Of a stretch of DNA of 64,000 nucleotides, positions 1 to 12,142 are shown piece by piece. The position numbers were made by a program, and so were the translations under genes. The notes under the pieces were generated by a model. The model saw nothing but the letters and a program-made list of their open reading frames with translations, had not been told where the DNA came from and did no database searches. Numbering within the stretch: the stretch's first letter is position 1; every line of letters begins with the position of its first letter. This DNA comes from Sarea resinae (taxonomy: Eukaryota), in contig JAPEUD010000062.1 in NCBI GenBank assembly GCA_026026165.1, positions 62,001 to 126,000 of the forward strand, written 5' to 3'.

Positions 1-1193
1 CACCTTCCAAGCCCAAGCTCTCATCTATAGACCGACGTACTCAAGAAGAGATTGAGCTTGACTCGGCCAAGTATCCTCCTCTCGACCCCGTCACTCAAGA
101 TCGTATCGTCGAAAAATATCGCATTCTCCACGATAGGATGCGCACAGAGGGTCTCTATGACTGTCATTACTCCTCGTATTTTATCGAACTCTGCCGGTAC
201 ACATTCCTCTTCTCGATGTTCGTGCTCTTCATGAAATGGGGTCATTATGCGATCAGTGGATTCTTCCTGGGCTGTTTCTGGCACCAGTTGGTTTTCACAG
301 CCCACGATGCAGGACACATGGGAATCACGCACAATTTCACGGCCGACACGGTAATCGGTGTCCTCGTGGCAGACTTCCTCGGCGGATTGAGTCTGGGATG
401 GTGGAAACGCAATCACAATGTCCACCATATTGTAACCAACTCCCCTGAACACGACCCTGACATCGAACATTTGCCATTCTTTGCGATATCGCACCGCTTC
501 TTTGACTCCCTTCGAAGCACCTACTACGAGCGCATCATGACCTACGACGCTTTTGCCAAGTTCCTGATCAGGTATCAGGACTTTCTCTACTATCCCATCC
601 TCACCTTCGGCCGCTTCAACCTCTACCGTCTCAGCTGGGAATACCTCCTCAAAGGCCAGGGCCCCCGCAAAGGTATCGCTTGGTGGCACCGCTGGTTCGA
701 AATCGCAGGCACTATATTCTTCTGGACCTGGTTTGGCTACGGCGTCGTTTACAAAACCATTCCGACGAACTGGGGTCGCTTCTCCTTCGTCATGATCAGC
801 CACATGGTCACGATGCCCGTGCATGTACAGATCACTCTAAGCCATTTCGCCATGAGCACCGCTGAGCTAGGCGAACACGAGTCCTTTCCGCAGAAAATGC
901 TCCGCACGACCATGGACGTAGATTGTCCGCAATGGCTGGATTTCTTCCACGGCGGGCTGCAATTCCAGGCCATCCACCACTTGTATCCGCGCATGCCGAG
1001 ACATAATCTCCGACCCGCGCAGAAGCTGGTTCAGCAATTCTGCAACGATGTCGATATTCCTTATGCGCTATTTGGGTTCGTGGATGGCAACAAGGAAGTC
1101 ATTGGGAAGCTGGGGGATATTGCTCGCCAGGCGGCCATTTTGGCCAAGTGCCAACGGACCATTGCAGCGAGCGAGGATTATGGCTTGCATTAG
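1..1193 (+). CDS. SLD1: Delta-8 sphingolipid desaturase (cytochrome b5-fusion desaturase family), 5' end outside window
   Basis: The reading frame is open from base 3 to the TAG at 1191-1193. It has three histidine boxes (HDAGH, HNVHH, QAIHH; the Q-substituted third box is typical of delta-8/front-end desaturases) plus the WWK..HN.HH...N....DPDI and FFHGGLQFQ..HHL.P motifs. Confidence 0.9.
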   Translation, partial: PSKPKLSSIDRRTQEEIELDSAKYPPLDPVTQDRIVEKYRILHDRMRTEGLYDCHYSSYFIELCRYTFLFSMFVLFMKWGHYAISGFFLGCFWHQLVFTAHDAGHMGITHNFTADTVIGVLVADFLGGLSLGWWKRNHNVHHIVTNSPEHDPDIEHLPFFAISHRFFDSLRSTYYERIMTYDAFAKFLIRYQDFLYYPILTFGRFNLYRLSWEYLLKGQGPRKGIAWWHRWFEIAGTIFFWTWFGYGVVYKTIPTNWGRFSFVMISHMVTMPVHVQITLSHFAMSTAELGEHESFPQKMLRTTMDVDCPQWLDFFHGGLQFQAIHHLYPRMPRHNLRPAQKLVQQFCNDVDIPYALFGFVDGNKEVIGKLGDIARQAAILAKCQRTIAASEDYGLH

Positions 1194-1745
1194 GCAATGT
1201 CGAGGTCCATCTGGGAGAGGAGGAATTGGGATGTCTGGAGGTAGAGTTTTCAATTCATGACTTTCATTCAGGATTATAGAGGGAGTTGCTATAGGAGTCA
1301 CCTGGGTTCGAAGCGTTGGTGTCTAATATGTAGCGCACTGGGCACCAAATGTATTCGAAATGTTGATTTCGAAGATACGATTTTGCTGGGGATGGAATGA
1401 CTAGAATTCTGTATTTGCCATATGACACTTTGAAAGAGTTCGTCCCATCCTAGGACCCATCGATTACCAGTAGTGACTGTTCAAGCAATGGAATTGTACA
1501 AGATTGTAGAACGTGGGATGGTGCAATGCAAATCTGCTCTGGCACCAAGCTGAAGCCTGGACGGCCAGAAGCGAGCGGGTGCAACATCAACACCGTTAGG
1601 AGTGATATCGTGACATCGTGACAGCTCAATTATAAATCTACCTCGATTATAGATAGACGCGGGGAACGTGATCAACAAGTTTCCCAAAATTTACTTTCTC
1701 TTCTCTCCTCGTATTTCGACGAATTTGATCTAGACTTGATTCTGG

Positions 1746-4717
1746 ATGTCCACCAGCCTTCAGATGGCTACAACAGAGGAATTAGCCCACGAATGGCTCC
1801 GAGTAGATAAGGTATGTCTAGGACGCTTCCGTGGAAATATAATTGCGTACTGACATATCTCAGGATGAGACTACGAGAAAGGAGATCCAGATTTTATTGG
1901 CAGCGGGGAACACGGCTGTGCTGGAAGAGCGTCTACGAAAGAGTACACGATCCTAGAATGGCTTATGGCAATTTCACATGACTGACACCATGAAACAGGA
2001 ATTGCGTTTGGTACAGCTGGTATGCTATCTTAGCTTTTTATCTTGTTTCTCTTCTGCGTCTGTTTGACACCATCAGGACTTCGAGCCCGCATGGAAGCAG
2101 GCTTCTCACGCCTCAATAGCGTGACCATCATCCAGGCTTCCCAGGGACTAGCAGCGTACGTACTCCAGCAGATTCCAGAGGCAGCCACAAGAGGGATTGT
2201 TATTGGCTACGATGGCCGACACAACTCTGAGCGGTTTGCTAAATTGGCTGCGGCGGTATTCGTGGCGAAGGGCATGAAGGTCTGGTGGTATGAAGAGACG
2301 GTCCATACGCCGCTTGTGCCGTTTGGCGTTGTCCGGTTGAGCGCTGCGGCGGGTGTTATGGTGACGGCTAGTCATGTACGTTTTGCGAATGCGATGGAAG
2401 AGATGAACTCAGCTAATAACCACAGAATCCGGCTCAAGATAATGGTATTCAATCTGCTATTATTTGGTAATAGCAATGCTAACGATTCACAGGCTACAAG
2501 GTGTCAGTAGTTTACCTCGACACTATTGCATTTTCTACTAATTTATATCGTAATCTATAGCTACTGGTCAAACGGATGTCAAATCATTCCTCCCCACGAT
2601 GTCGGCATCGCGGCCAGCATCCTCCAGAACCTCGAACCCGTCTCCTGGGATGAGTCTGTTGTCGACCACAACCTCCTCGTGGAAGCCTGCCTAGACACCA
2701 TGTCCTCAGCCTACTACGACCACGTCAATGGCGCCGTGCAAGTCAGCAACGCCGCCACTTCTACAGTCACATCTGCAGCGAATAAGTGGCTCAAGTTCGT
2801 GTACACGCCTATGCATGGTGTAGGATTGCCGTACATGACCGAGGTGGTGAAACGGCTGGGACTTGAGGATTCGATGATCGTCGTCGAAGAGCAGGCGCAC
2901 CCGGATCCAGATTTTCCGACGGTCAAGTTCCCGAACCCAGAAGAAAAAGGGGCGTTGGATCTTGCTGTCGCGACTGCGGAGCGGAATGGCGTGTCTTTTG
3001 TCGTAGCCAGTGATCCGGACGCCGACAGGCTGGCCGTGGCCGAGAAAGTCGAGTAAGCTGTTCCCTTCTGTATCTCATCCGCCGTTTCTGTCATAGCAAG
3101 CCACGTCCGCTGACACCCCTCATCTGCCCGAAAGAGGAAAATGGCACATCTTTACGGGGAACCAACTCGGGGTTCTCCTAGCTTCCTACACGCTCTCGAT
3201 CCTGCTACCGACCTACACCGCCGACCAAATCCACGTGCTGACCTCGGCAGTCTCGACGAGCATGTTGGCAGCCATGGGAGCCAAGGTGGGCTTTCACGTG
3301 CACGAGACGCTGACCGGATTCAAGTGGTTGGGAAACGAGGCCTTGCGTCTGCAAGAGGAGCATTTAAGTTCACATCCAACCGTCTCGAAAGAGCACGAAC
3401 CCGACGCGGTGGAAAAGACAGGAGATAAGAAAGGAGGAAAGAAAGGTGACACTCAAGGCGAGATAGTAGTTCCCTTTGCCTTTGAAGAAGCGCTGGGTTA
3501 CATGTTCCCGGCCACGGGCATCTATGACAAGGACTCGCTCTCATCCGCCGCCTTTTTCCTGTCGGCGCTGGTATACTGGCGTACGCACCCGGTGCCGCAC
3601 TCCCTGCTGCGATACATATCGCATCCCTCTTCTTCGTCTTCGCAGCATGGCCCAACGTCCCCATACGGACACCTACAGTCCCTGTACGCCAAATACGGCT
3701 ACTTTGAGACCCAGAACACGTATCTCGTGTCGCCCGACCCGGAGACGACGACCAAGGTATTTGAGTCTATACGTACGCTCGGTGGCTCGTCTGCTGCCCA
3801 AGCATCGCCGCCGCCTTTGTCCCCGACTTCTTCCCGCCGCCGCAGCATCCTCCGCCTCCCACACCGCACCCATTCATTCCCAGCTGCCACAGGCGCGCCT
3901 CCAGTCTTGGCACCTGAAGGTCAAACGCAACCGCAGCCGCAGCCGCAGACGCAAAGCGCAGTACACAACACCTACCCCACGCATCTCGGCCACCGTCCGA
4001 TCACCCGGACGCGCGACCTAACACACCCATTCGATTCGGCGTCGCCCGCTCCGCGTTTCGAACCTGCCTTACCAACGGATGCGAGCACGCAGATGATTAC
4101 GTGGTGGCTTGGTCCGTGTCCTAGAAGTAGTGGCACGGGGCCAGGAGGAGAAGAGGGGCAGGGCAAAGCAGGGAAGGGAGACAGGGTCGAAGGAGAGGGA
4201 GAAGGCGAAGTCAAGTTCACAGCGCGCGCCTCGGGCACGGAGCCGAAGATTAAACGTATGCATGCTGTCTCTCTTCTTTCACCTTTGAACCTTTATTCCC
4301 GTTCTCTCTCCCTCTGTGTCCTCTCTTTCTCCCTCTTCATCCCTCTAAGTCCTTCACTTCTTTAATCCCGCCTCCTCCCCCTCCCCTCCCTCCTCTCTCT
4401 CTCACACATCTTCTATCCTGCTCCCCTCTCCCCACCACCCTTTTCCTTCTTTCCCAGCTCACACCTACCCACTATCTATCTACCACAACCCATCCCCTCC
4501 CCCTCTCCCCCCTTCCCAAACCTCACCCATCTTCACAAAACCACATAACACTAACCCCCACTCCCCCTCCCTCCTGGTTGAGAGAACAACAGTATACATC
4601 GAATCCCACGCATCGTCCGCCGCGCGCGCCCGCGCCGCCGCCGCCTCCGTGCTCCGAGATGCCCTGCGAGAGTGGTTCACACCCGCGGTGTGGGGACTGA
4701 AAGGAGCGGGCGCTTAG
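1746..4717 (+). CDS. PRM15: Phosphoglucomutase/phosphoribomutase (alpha-D-phosphohexomutase, PGM2/PRM15 type), multi-exon
   Basis: Spliced motifs: RIAFGTAGLR, IVIGYDGRHNS, catalytic TASHNP..DNGYKVYW, YTPMHGVG, FPTVKFPNPEE, metal loop DPDADR, LTGFKW, FAFEEALGY, RASGTEPKIKLYIE. Start is ATG 1746 (or in-frame 1764). Last intron 4256-4592. Stop TAG 4715-4717. Confidence 0.88.
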
Positions 4718-5745
4718 ATTTGAGGTTTATGTTTGTGTTTGTGTTTATGCTTGTGTTGACGTTCAAGTGGGTTGGGTATAAGTGGGTTGATGTCTGGGTT
4801 TGGTTTGTTCGATCTATGGGATTGAATTCGATGGAATGGGATGGGATGGGATGGGATATCGGGGTTCTGTTTCCAGGCGGGGGGAAGAGGGAAGAGGGAG
4901 GAGGGATGAGTTGGTGTGTTGCTGCACGTAGATAGATAGGTAGATAGATATTTAGCCAGACAGACAGACAGACAGATAGACAGATGACGAATAGACCGAT
5001 GATAAATAGAAGAATAGATACCTAAGAAAAGGATAGAAAAGCGTAGAGAGGAGTGAGTGAGTGACTCACGACTCACGACTCACGACTCGCGACTCACGAC
5101 TCGCGACTCACCGTTCAAGCCTCAAGATACCTACCTTCCCTACCTCACCTTTTTTTTTTACCTCAAATAGACCGTCCTCTATCCTCTATCCTCTATCCAT
5201 TTTCAGAGGAGGGAGCGAGTATTTGGATGAGAGAGAAGAACTGAACAGAACAGAACAGAATAGAACAAGGTGATTTGGTCGACGTCTATAGAGCAGTTCG
5301 AGAAAAGAGGGGGAGGGAGGGGGTGCTTCGGGATAGGGGATCGAGTGAGTGAGGAGTGAGGGAGGAAGGGAGGGAGGGAACGAGATAGAGTGCTTTTGGG
5401 ACAGGGGATAGCGTGCTTCTTTGGGGCAAGAGGAGAGTGAAACAGGAGGCAAACGAGATATAGAGAGAGAGAGGGTGGAATAGGTAGGTAGGTAGGTAGG
5501 GTAGTATACACAAGCCGCAACCATCAACAAGATCTCGAGTCGAAAGTCGCAAGTCGGAGAAGATGTAAGAGAGATAAAAAAAACAAGAAATGCTATCAAG
5601 GAAGATTCTCTCTCGTCTCTATTCGGTCCACCCGCTCTTTCCCCTTCCTTTGAGTCGCTTCCATTCCATTCCCTTTCCTGCCTCTATATTCTCACACCAC
5701 GCTTTTACCTATCTGCCTCACTCCTCCATTCATCCATCCAATCAA
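4256..5745. repeat. Microsatellite/low-complexity mosaic: CT-rich intron, (GGGAT)n, (TAGA)n, (CAGA)n, (GACTCAC/GACTCGC)n, (CAGAA)n, (GGTA)n, (GA)n
   Basis: Tandem units are directly visible in the last PGM intron and the PGM-LPD1 convergent gap. Confidence 0.9.
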
Positions 5746-5753
5746 TGACCAAG

Positions 5754-7504
5754 TTAATAATGAATCGCGCTGCCATAAGCCGTCATAGCCGCCTCCTTGA
5801 ACGCCTCCGAAAGCGTAGGATGAGCATGACTGGTCCGGCCAATGTCCTCGGCCGAAGCACCGTACTCAATGGCCAGCGTGCCCTCGGCGATCATCTCGCC
5901 GGCATTGGGGCCGATGATGTGGATGCCGAGCACGCGATCCGTCTCGGCGTCCGTGATGAACTTGACGAATCCCTCCGAGTCGAGATTGGTCTTGGCCCGC
6001 GAGTTGGCCGAGAACGGGAACGAGCCCGTCTTGTACTTGACGCCCGCCGCCTTGAGCTCGGCCTCGTTCTGTCCCACCCACGCCACTTCCGGATGCGTGT
6101 ACATGACCGACGGGATCGCGCCGTAGTTGACGTGGCCGTAGCCCTTCTTCAGGAACTCGACCGCCGCCACGCCCTCTTCTTCCGCCTTGTGCGCGAGCAT
6201 AGGCCCGAATGTCACGTCGCCGATGACACGAATGTGCGGGATCTTAGTGCGGTATTCTTGGTCGATGATGAGACGGCCCTTCTCGTCGGTTTCGAGGCCG
6301 ATGTTCTCGAGGCCGAGACCAGCCGTGTATGGACGACGGCCGATGGCTACGAGGACGACGTCTGCGTCGAGCTGGATTGTTCATCAGCATTAGGGCAATA
6401 GACTCATGAAAAGAGGAATTTACCGTCTCCTCCTTTCCTCCCTTTGCGCTTTCCACGTTGAGCTTCAAGGTTTCGCCGCTGTTGTCACCGCTGGTGACCT
6501 TCGTGTTGAGCTTGAATTTCATGCCCTGCTTTGAGAGCAGCTTCTGAGTTGCCTTGGAGATCTCGGCATCCATACCGGGCCCACCAATCTGGCCCAAGAA
6601 CTCGACGACCGTGACCTCGGATCCTAGTCTCGACCAGACAGACGCCTGATGCACCAATTAGCCGCGAATACCCGACAATCTCATTGGAGTTTCATACCAT
6701 CTCGAGACCGATGATACCGCCACCGATGACTAACATCTTCTTTGGCACCGTCTCCAATGCAATGGCGCCAGTGCTGGTGATGATCTTCTTCTCGTCAATG
6801 GCCAAACCCGGGAAAGGCGTGGCCTCGCTACCCGTCGCGATGAAGAAGTTCTTGGCTCTCAGCGTCCTCTCGCCGCCTTCGGTCAGGTTGACCTTGACTT
6901 CGTGCTCGTTGACAAACGAGCCGGTGCCTTTGACGTACTCGACGCCATTCTTCTTGAACAGAAATTCGATACCCTTGGTCAGGCCGGAGACAGACGTGTC
7001 CTTTGCCTTCATCATCTGCGCGAGGTTGAGCTGGACATCACCGACCTCGATTCCGCGGTTCTTCGTGTCGTGGAGGATTTGGTGGTAGAGCTGTGAGTTG
7101 TTGAGGAGAGATTTGGAGGGAATGCAGCCGACGTTGAGGCATGTGCCGCCGAGCGAGCCGCGCTTCTCGATACACGAGACCTGTGATATCGAAATCAGTA
7201 TGTGACCGAGGCCTTCGCCGCAGTTCCAGGCCACGAACCTTCAAGCCTTCTTGTCCAGCCTTGATAGCTGCGACATATCCGGCCACGCCACCTCCGATGA
7301 TAACAAGATCCTTCTCCTCTGCGGACAATCGTCAGTGACGAAGGCAGAGAGCAGATCCGACATCTACTCACCACCAGACTCAGTCGCGTAACCTCTCGAT
7401 GAGCTGTTGACTAGGTAAAAGGACGAGGGGGCGAAAGTCGAGCCGCCCGAGACCGGTCTCAGGATGGACTTCGAGGTCGCCCGGGGTATTAGATTCCTGA
7501 ACAT
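5754..7504 (-). CDS. LPD1: Mitochondrial dihydrolipoamide dehydrogenase (E3), 5 exons
   Basis: Arg/Ser-rich presequence [13 protein letters not shown]...RGYA, FAD motif [20 protein letters not shown], redox disulfide [17 protein letters not shown] motif [11 protein letters not shown]-terminal [17 protein letters not shown] introns join the ORF fragments. Confidence 0.96.
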
Positions 7505-8164
7505 GGTGGGAGAGCAAAGGAGATCAAGCTGGGAGGTGAGAGACGCCAGGGACGATGGCGGAGAGAATGAGCAAAAGTCAAGCAGAGGGAGAAGGGGAAG
7601 GAGGGCAACAATGACGGCTTGGAGAGCAATGGATGAGGAGGACAGAGAATCTCGAGACGGACAGGACGGAGATGGAGATGGAGGTGGATGGAGAGTTGTG
7701 GTCGGAGGCCGGTACGACGCTACATCGACGGACAGGTAGGTACAGGTATCGCCACGCCTAGATTTGTAGAGGGCAGTACCTCGGGGTACGAGCCACGGCT
7801 AATCACAACGTGGAGGGAACCAAGATGCCTAGCATGGAAGGGACCGAGAAGGGCAGGGACGACGGAACGCAGAGGCGAATTGCGCCGAACGCCTCCGGTC
7901 GACTGCGTACGTCGACCCATTCGCGCCAGACATACAACTATCTCCTGACGCCCCCCTGCGCCCCCCCTCCCCCCCGCCTCTCCTCTCTCTCCGCCACACG
8001 CCATGCTCACGATCATGATCATGATCATGATCATCATGATTATACTGCGGGAGGTGTCCTCGATGAGGCATAGTTCACGGAGCTTCTTATTTCCCCCATT
8101 CTCATCGGGCCTCTTTCACGATAGCACAGCAGTAGTACCGGATCATCCCTCTGCCGCTCCCTTA

Positions 8165-10912
8165 CTACGTAGTAGTCATGGCCGTCTTCCCCAACGCCTC
8201 CCCCGCCACTTTACAACCCCACCGAACCGTCTCCTTGTCGGCCTTGCTGCCAGCAACATCCGTCTTGCTGACGACCTTGCGGAGAAAATACTGGAGTCCA
8301 TTGGCCAGCTGCGGTGTCTCGTCTACCCGTCCAAACACTTCCATGAGTCGCCGCTCGTCTCGCTGCCCCTCGACCTTTTGCTGAGTATAGAGGATGGCGG
8401 TGATGAGCAGTAATTCAACGAACGTGCGAGTCTTGGGTTGCAGGTAGGCGAAATTGAGTGTCTGGGGTGGTGAAGACTGTCAGCAACTTCACTGTAGAGA
8501 TCATGTTGAGATTGCCCACCTTGAGCACGCCGATTGGTAGTCCCCCGTCTGCAATCAATGTCCCAAACATCTTGGCCAGATTGACCGTCTTCCTAAGGCT
8601 CATGGCCGCATCTTCCTCCTCCTCCTCATCCTCATTGGGCGCATCGTCGTCATCGTCGTCTTGTCTCTCCCCCATTCGCTTGAAGAGGTCCCAGAGACTG
8701 AACTGGAACGCCATCTTGAGCTTCCGTTCGGAGCACAGTCTCCTCGCAATCAGGGTATAGTAGGGATTGTAGGTCTGTTCGGAGCCCGCACAATGAGTCA
8801 ACACCTTGGGAATCTCGAGCTCTTGGGTCCGTTTGAGTCGAAGTTTCAGGAGACGCTGATGCGCGTCCCGGTAATCTGACGCTGAGAGGATGGTGACGAA
8901 GATGGCGCGGCGAACATCCGTATTCATTCGCTGTTCTCTCGCCAGCTGAAGCAGGTCAGGAGTGCCGTCGTTGACAACATCCTCGACCCTTCTCCCCTCG
9001 ATTACCTTGCGCGCAGGACTATCTTCTCGACTTTCTTCTTGACGATCATCGGCATTACTCCAGCTGGCACCGACTAACCACCATTTCCCCTTTTTCTCTT
9101 TGTTTCGGATGTCTTTCAGCCCGATTCTCAAAGGCTCGCTTGCTCTGATGGTCCGAGTATTCAGAGATCCCAGCGTCTTCTTCATTCGGACGGTGTGCTC
9201 GGAGGTGACTGCAGATGCCGCAACGCCTGTCTTCATCCGGTTGTTCTTGAGGTTATTGATGGTCTCAATCATAAACTTGGTTCGAACAGATAGATTGGCT
9301 TCCCCAACCTGGCCAATTGTCCGTTGTAGCGTCAAAACGATATCCTTGAGCGCCGAGGGATCATCTTGCCTCAACTGGGGCCCCGAATCTGCCATAATTT
9401 TAGCAAACGTATCATCAAATTCAAAGTATTACATACTGCGAATGATTTTGAGGAGCAATTCAGTGTTCGTCTCAGAGACCTTGCCCAAGAAAAGACGGAT
9501 ATAGTCAAACACCAAGTTGCTCCCCACGACCTGGAAATTGTAGAGCTCCGATAGTAGAGACATTAAATTAGCAGCCTCCTTCCCAGCAGTATCGCCTTCA
9601 AGGTTGTAGTGATTATCAAAGTCTTCAACGATCCTCTGCACGATCTGTGCTCCGAAGTCGGTACCCATGACTTTGTAGACTGCAGCCATGAAGCCCGCGT
9701 GAAGAATTAAGAAAGTGTCCATCAAGCTTGTTTTGTCGCATATCAAGCTAAGCAGCAGATCCACCAGGGTGGACGTTACGTGCTGGCGTGGATTATCCCG
9801 ATAGAGCTTCTCCACGTCGCCAAGTATGGAGATGAGATTTGCCTCGGACAGTCGATTCAGGAGGCCTTGGGCTTGACGGCGAAGACGAGACAATGCTTCA
9901 TTGTCAGAGGAGGGTTGCCCACGAAGGGAAGGGGGAATATATTTCGCGACAGTCGGAGTGCTCGATGGCACAGCCGGAGCGACATAGGGGTTTTCGCGGA
10001 CTCTTTTGGGAAGAGGTTGACTTTCTGAAGTCTCTGAGTCGAAGCCTTCAAAGCTCTGGATCTCCTCGTCTAAGCCGTCTTCTTCATCTTCATCATCCTC
10101 CTCTTCATCTCCTTCATCTGAGAGCATCTCATCATTTAGATCATCAGACTCAGAGTCGCCTTCCATATCATCATCCTCATCACTATCCTCTTCATCTCCA
10201 TTGCTTTGCACTAGACCCCCAGCAATCTTCCGCCGTTTCGCCTCGAGCCACTTCTCATCATCGGACCTCTTCCTCTTTCCCTCCGAAACGGCCTCGTCAT
10301 CGAGCCCCTCAAGCAGATCGCCCAGACCATCCTCCTCAAACGACTTCGGCAGCTTCTTCTTCCCCTTCAGCCCCAATCTCTTCTCCAGCGCCGCAATCTC
10401 CGCATCGTCTTCGGCCAGCCTATCCTTGACCGCCCTCGACACCCGCTGCGCCACAGGAGGAGGCGACGTCTCAGCCTCTCTGACTTTCTTACTGTCTTTT
10501 CGGCGCTCTGGCCGCTTTAAGATCGACTTGAGAGGTTTCTCAGCATCATCCGTCTTGGAGGCCGATCGCGATTTCGGTGGTGGTGGTTCTGGCGATGAGG
10601 GGCCTCGCATCTGATCCTCCGAATCGTCCGATTCCGAGAAATCCTGAGAGACCGCGCTGGTGCGATTCGAGCGCGGATGTCTCCTCTGTGCCTTCTTCTG
10701 TTCCCGCTCCGCCTTACGACGCTCTCTTCGCTGGCCAGGGCCATTATTTCGGGATTTCCCTCGTTTCCCACCACTGGAACCATCTAAAGGAACAAACCTG
10801 ACTTTAGCAATCCAATACCTAATATAATGACATGGATATTCCTACCTTGGCCTCCAAGCTCCTCCAGTAGCTTACTGGGGAGTTTGGTCGTCTTGTGGTC
10901 AGGCCGGCGCAT
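8165..10912 (-). CDS. SGD1: Nucleolar MIF4G + MA3 domain protein (Sgd1/NOM1, 40S biogenesis)
   Basis: Basic/acidic N-terminus (EDDAEIAALEKRLG), KYIPPSLR, MIF4G start GLLNRLSEANL, RTKFMIETINNLKNN, GKWWLVGASW, MA3 domain RMNTDVRRAIF...YNPYY. Start ATG 10912, spliced stop TAG 8165-8167. Confidence 0.88.
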
Positions 10913-11159
10913 TTTGGCTGGCAGAGTGGCTGCTGCAGAGAATAGTCGAGCCGATTTTGTTCTGTCGTTTTGGTAGCGTTCGCGAGCGCTCACCGCCCGC
11001 CGCTACGCTACGCCGCCGCCGCACATCACCGCCATGCGACGACGTATTATCCGTACGACACCAAGAAGATAAATCTTTCCACGGCACATACTACCTACAC
11101 CTACTACAATTCCTTCCTCTCCACTATCATCGGAGGAAAAGAAGAAGAAGAAGAAGAAC

Positions 11160-11751
11160 ATGGTCGAGGGCCATCTCAGCAATGACACCGTAAGCAAGCA
11201 AAGCATTCTCACTTGCACCTCCATCCAGCGATACCCAATACTCATGCAATCCACTTAGTTCTTCGTCCGGCTGTCAGAGCTCTTCGACTCGCGCCGGCAA
11301 AAAGACCACGGCTCGATCTTCCTGACCCAAAAGCGGCGTACGTCTGCCCCGATTCCATGATACCTCCTCGCCGTTCCGTTTCAATCCAGCATGACGACAA
11401 GCCGTGCACAGACTAACAGGCCATACAGTAACCCCGCAAAACCCCTCCCCTTCATCCACAGCCCGCTCATCAGCCAATCAAACCCACGAAGACGCTCTCT
11501 CGGACCTGCATCCCTCGGAACCCCTACCGATCCTCATCCGCGCTACGAATGGCAAGTCAAAGGAGCACCGGAAAGACAAGATCAAGTTGTCCACGGTAGT
11601 CGAACCGGATGCTCTGGAGGCTTTCTTCGCCCGCTATGCCGACGTTTGCAAGTCGGGGATGCAGGCGCTGAAGAAGCGGGACAGGAGTGGCAGGAAAAAG
11701 GCAAAGGCGAAGAAGAGAAAGGGCGGTGGGAACGTAGAAAAGAAAGCTTGA
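11160..11751 (+). CDS. SRP14: Signal recognition particle 14 kDa subunit, 3 exons
   Basis: Spliced protein MVEGHLSNDTFFVRLSELF...GSIFLTQKRL...ILIRATNGKSK...KIKLSTVVEPDALEAFFARYADVCKSGMQALKKRDR with a Lys-rich tail. Confidence 0.9.
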
Positions 11752-12142
11752 ATCAGTCATGGAAAAGAAGGACATTATGAGTTATGAAAGACGAGATGAG
11801 ATCTTGGCCGAGCTTGTTCAGTCATGATTGCTATACATATGCACAGCAAGCATCTATCTACTGATGATATGTCTCTTCACATTGTATCAGATTTCAGCCC
11901 ATGATATCTTCCATTGTTTGGGCCGGAATGGCAAAAGAAGAAATAAGAATTACCACCATTGTCCTTTTACGCCGAAAAACCCCAGCCGCAATCACAGAAC
12001 GACTAGACCCTCACTCTCAAAGTGCCAATTCAACACAACGAGTCCAGGCCTGCCGCGTGATAATAACATCTTGTCATAACATATTAAGAAACCCGCAACC
12101 ATGTCATTAGCCAAGATTCCCAGAACCCCCAACAGCCATCAC

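Noticed and set aside
21..824. 267-aa minus-strand ORF (likewise 5745-6401, 46383-47072, 50967-51485, 59877-60407, 60447-61199)
   Set aside because: Antisense shadows of well-supported genes with biased codon usage and no recognisable motifs.
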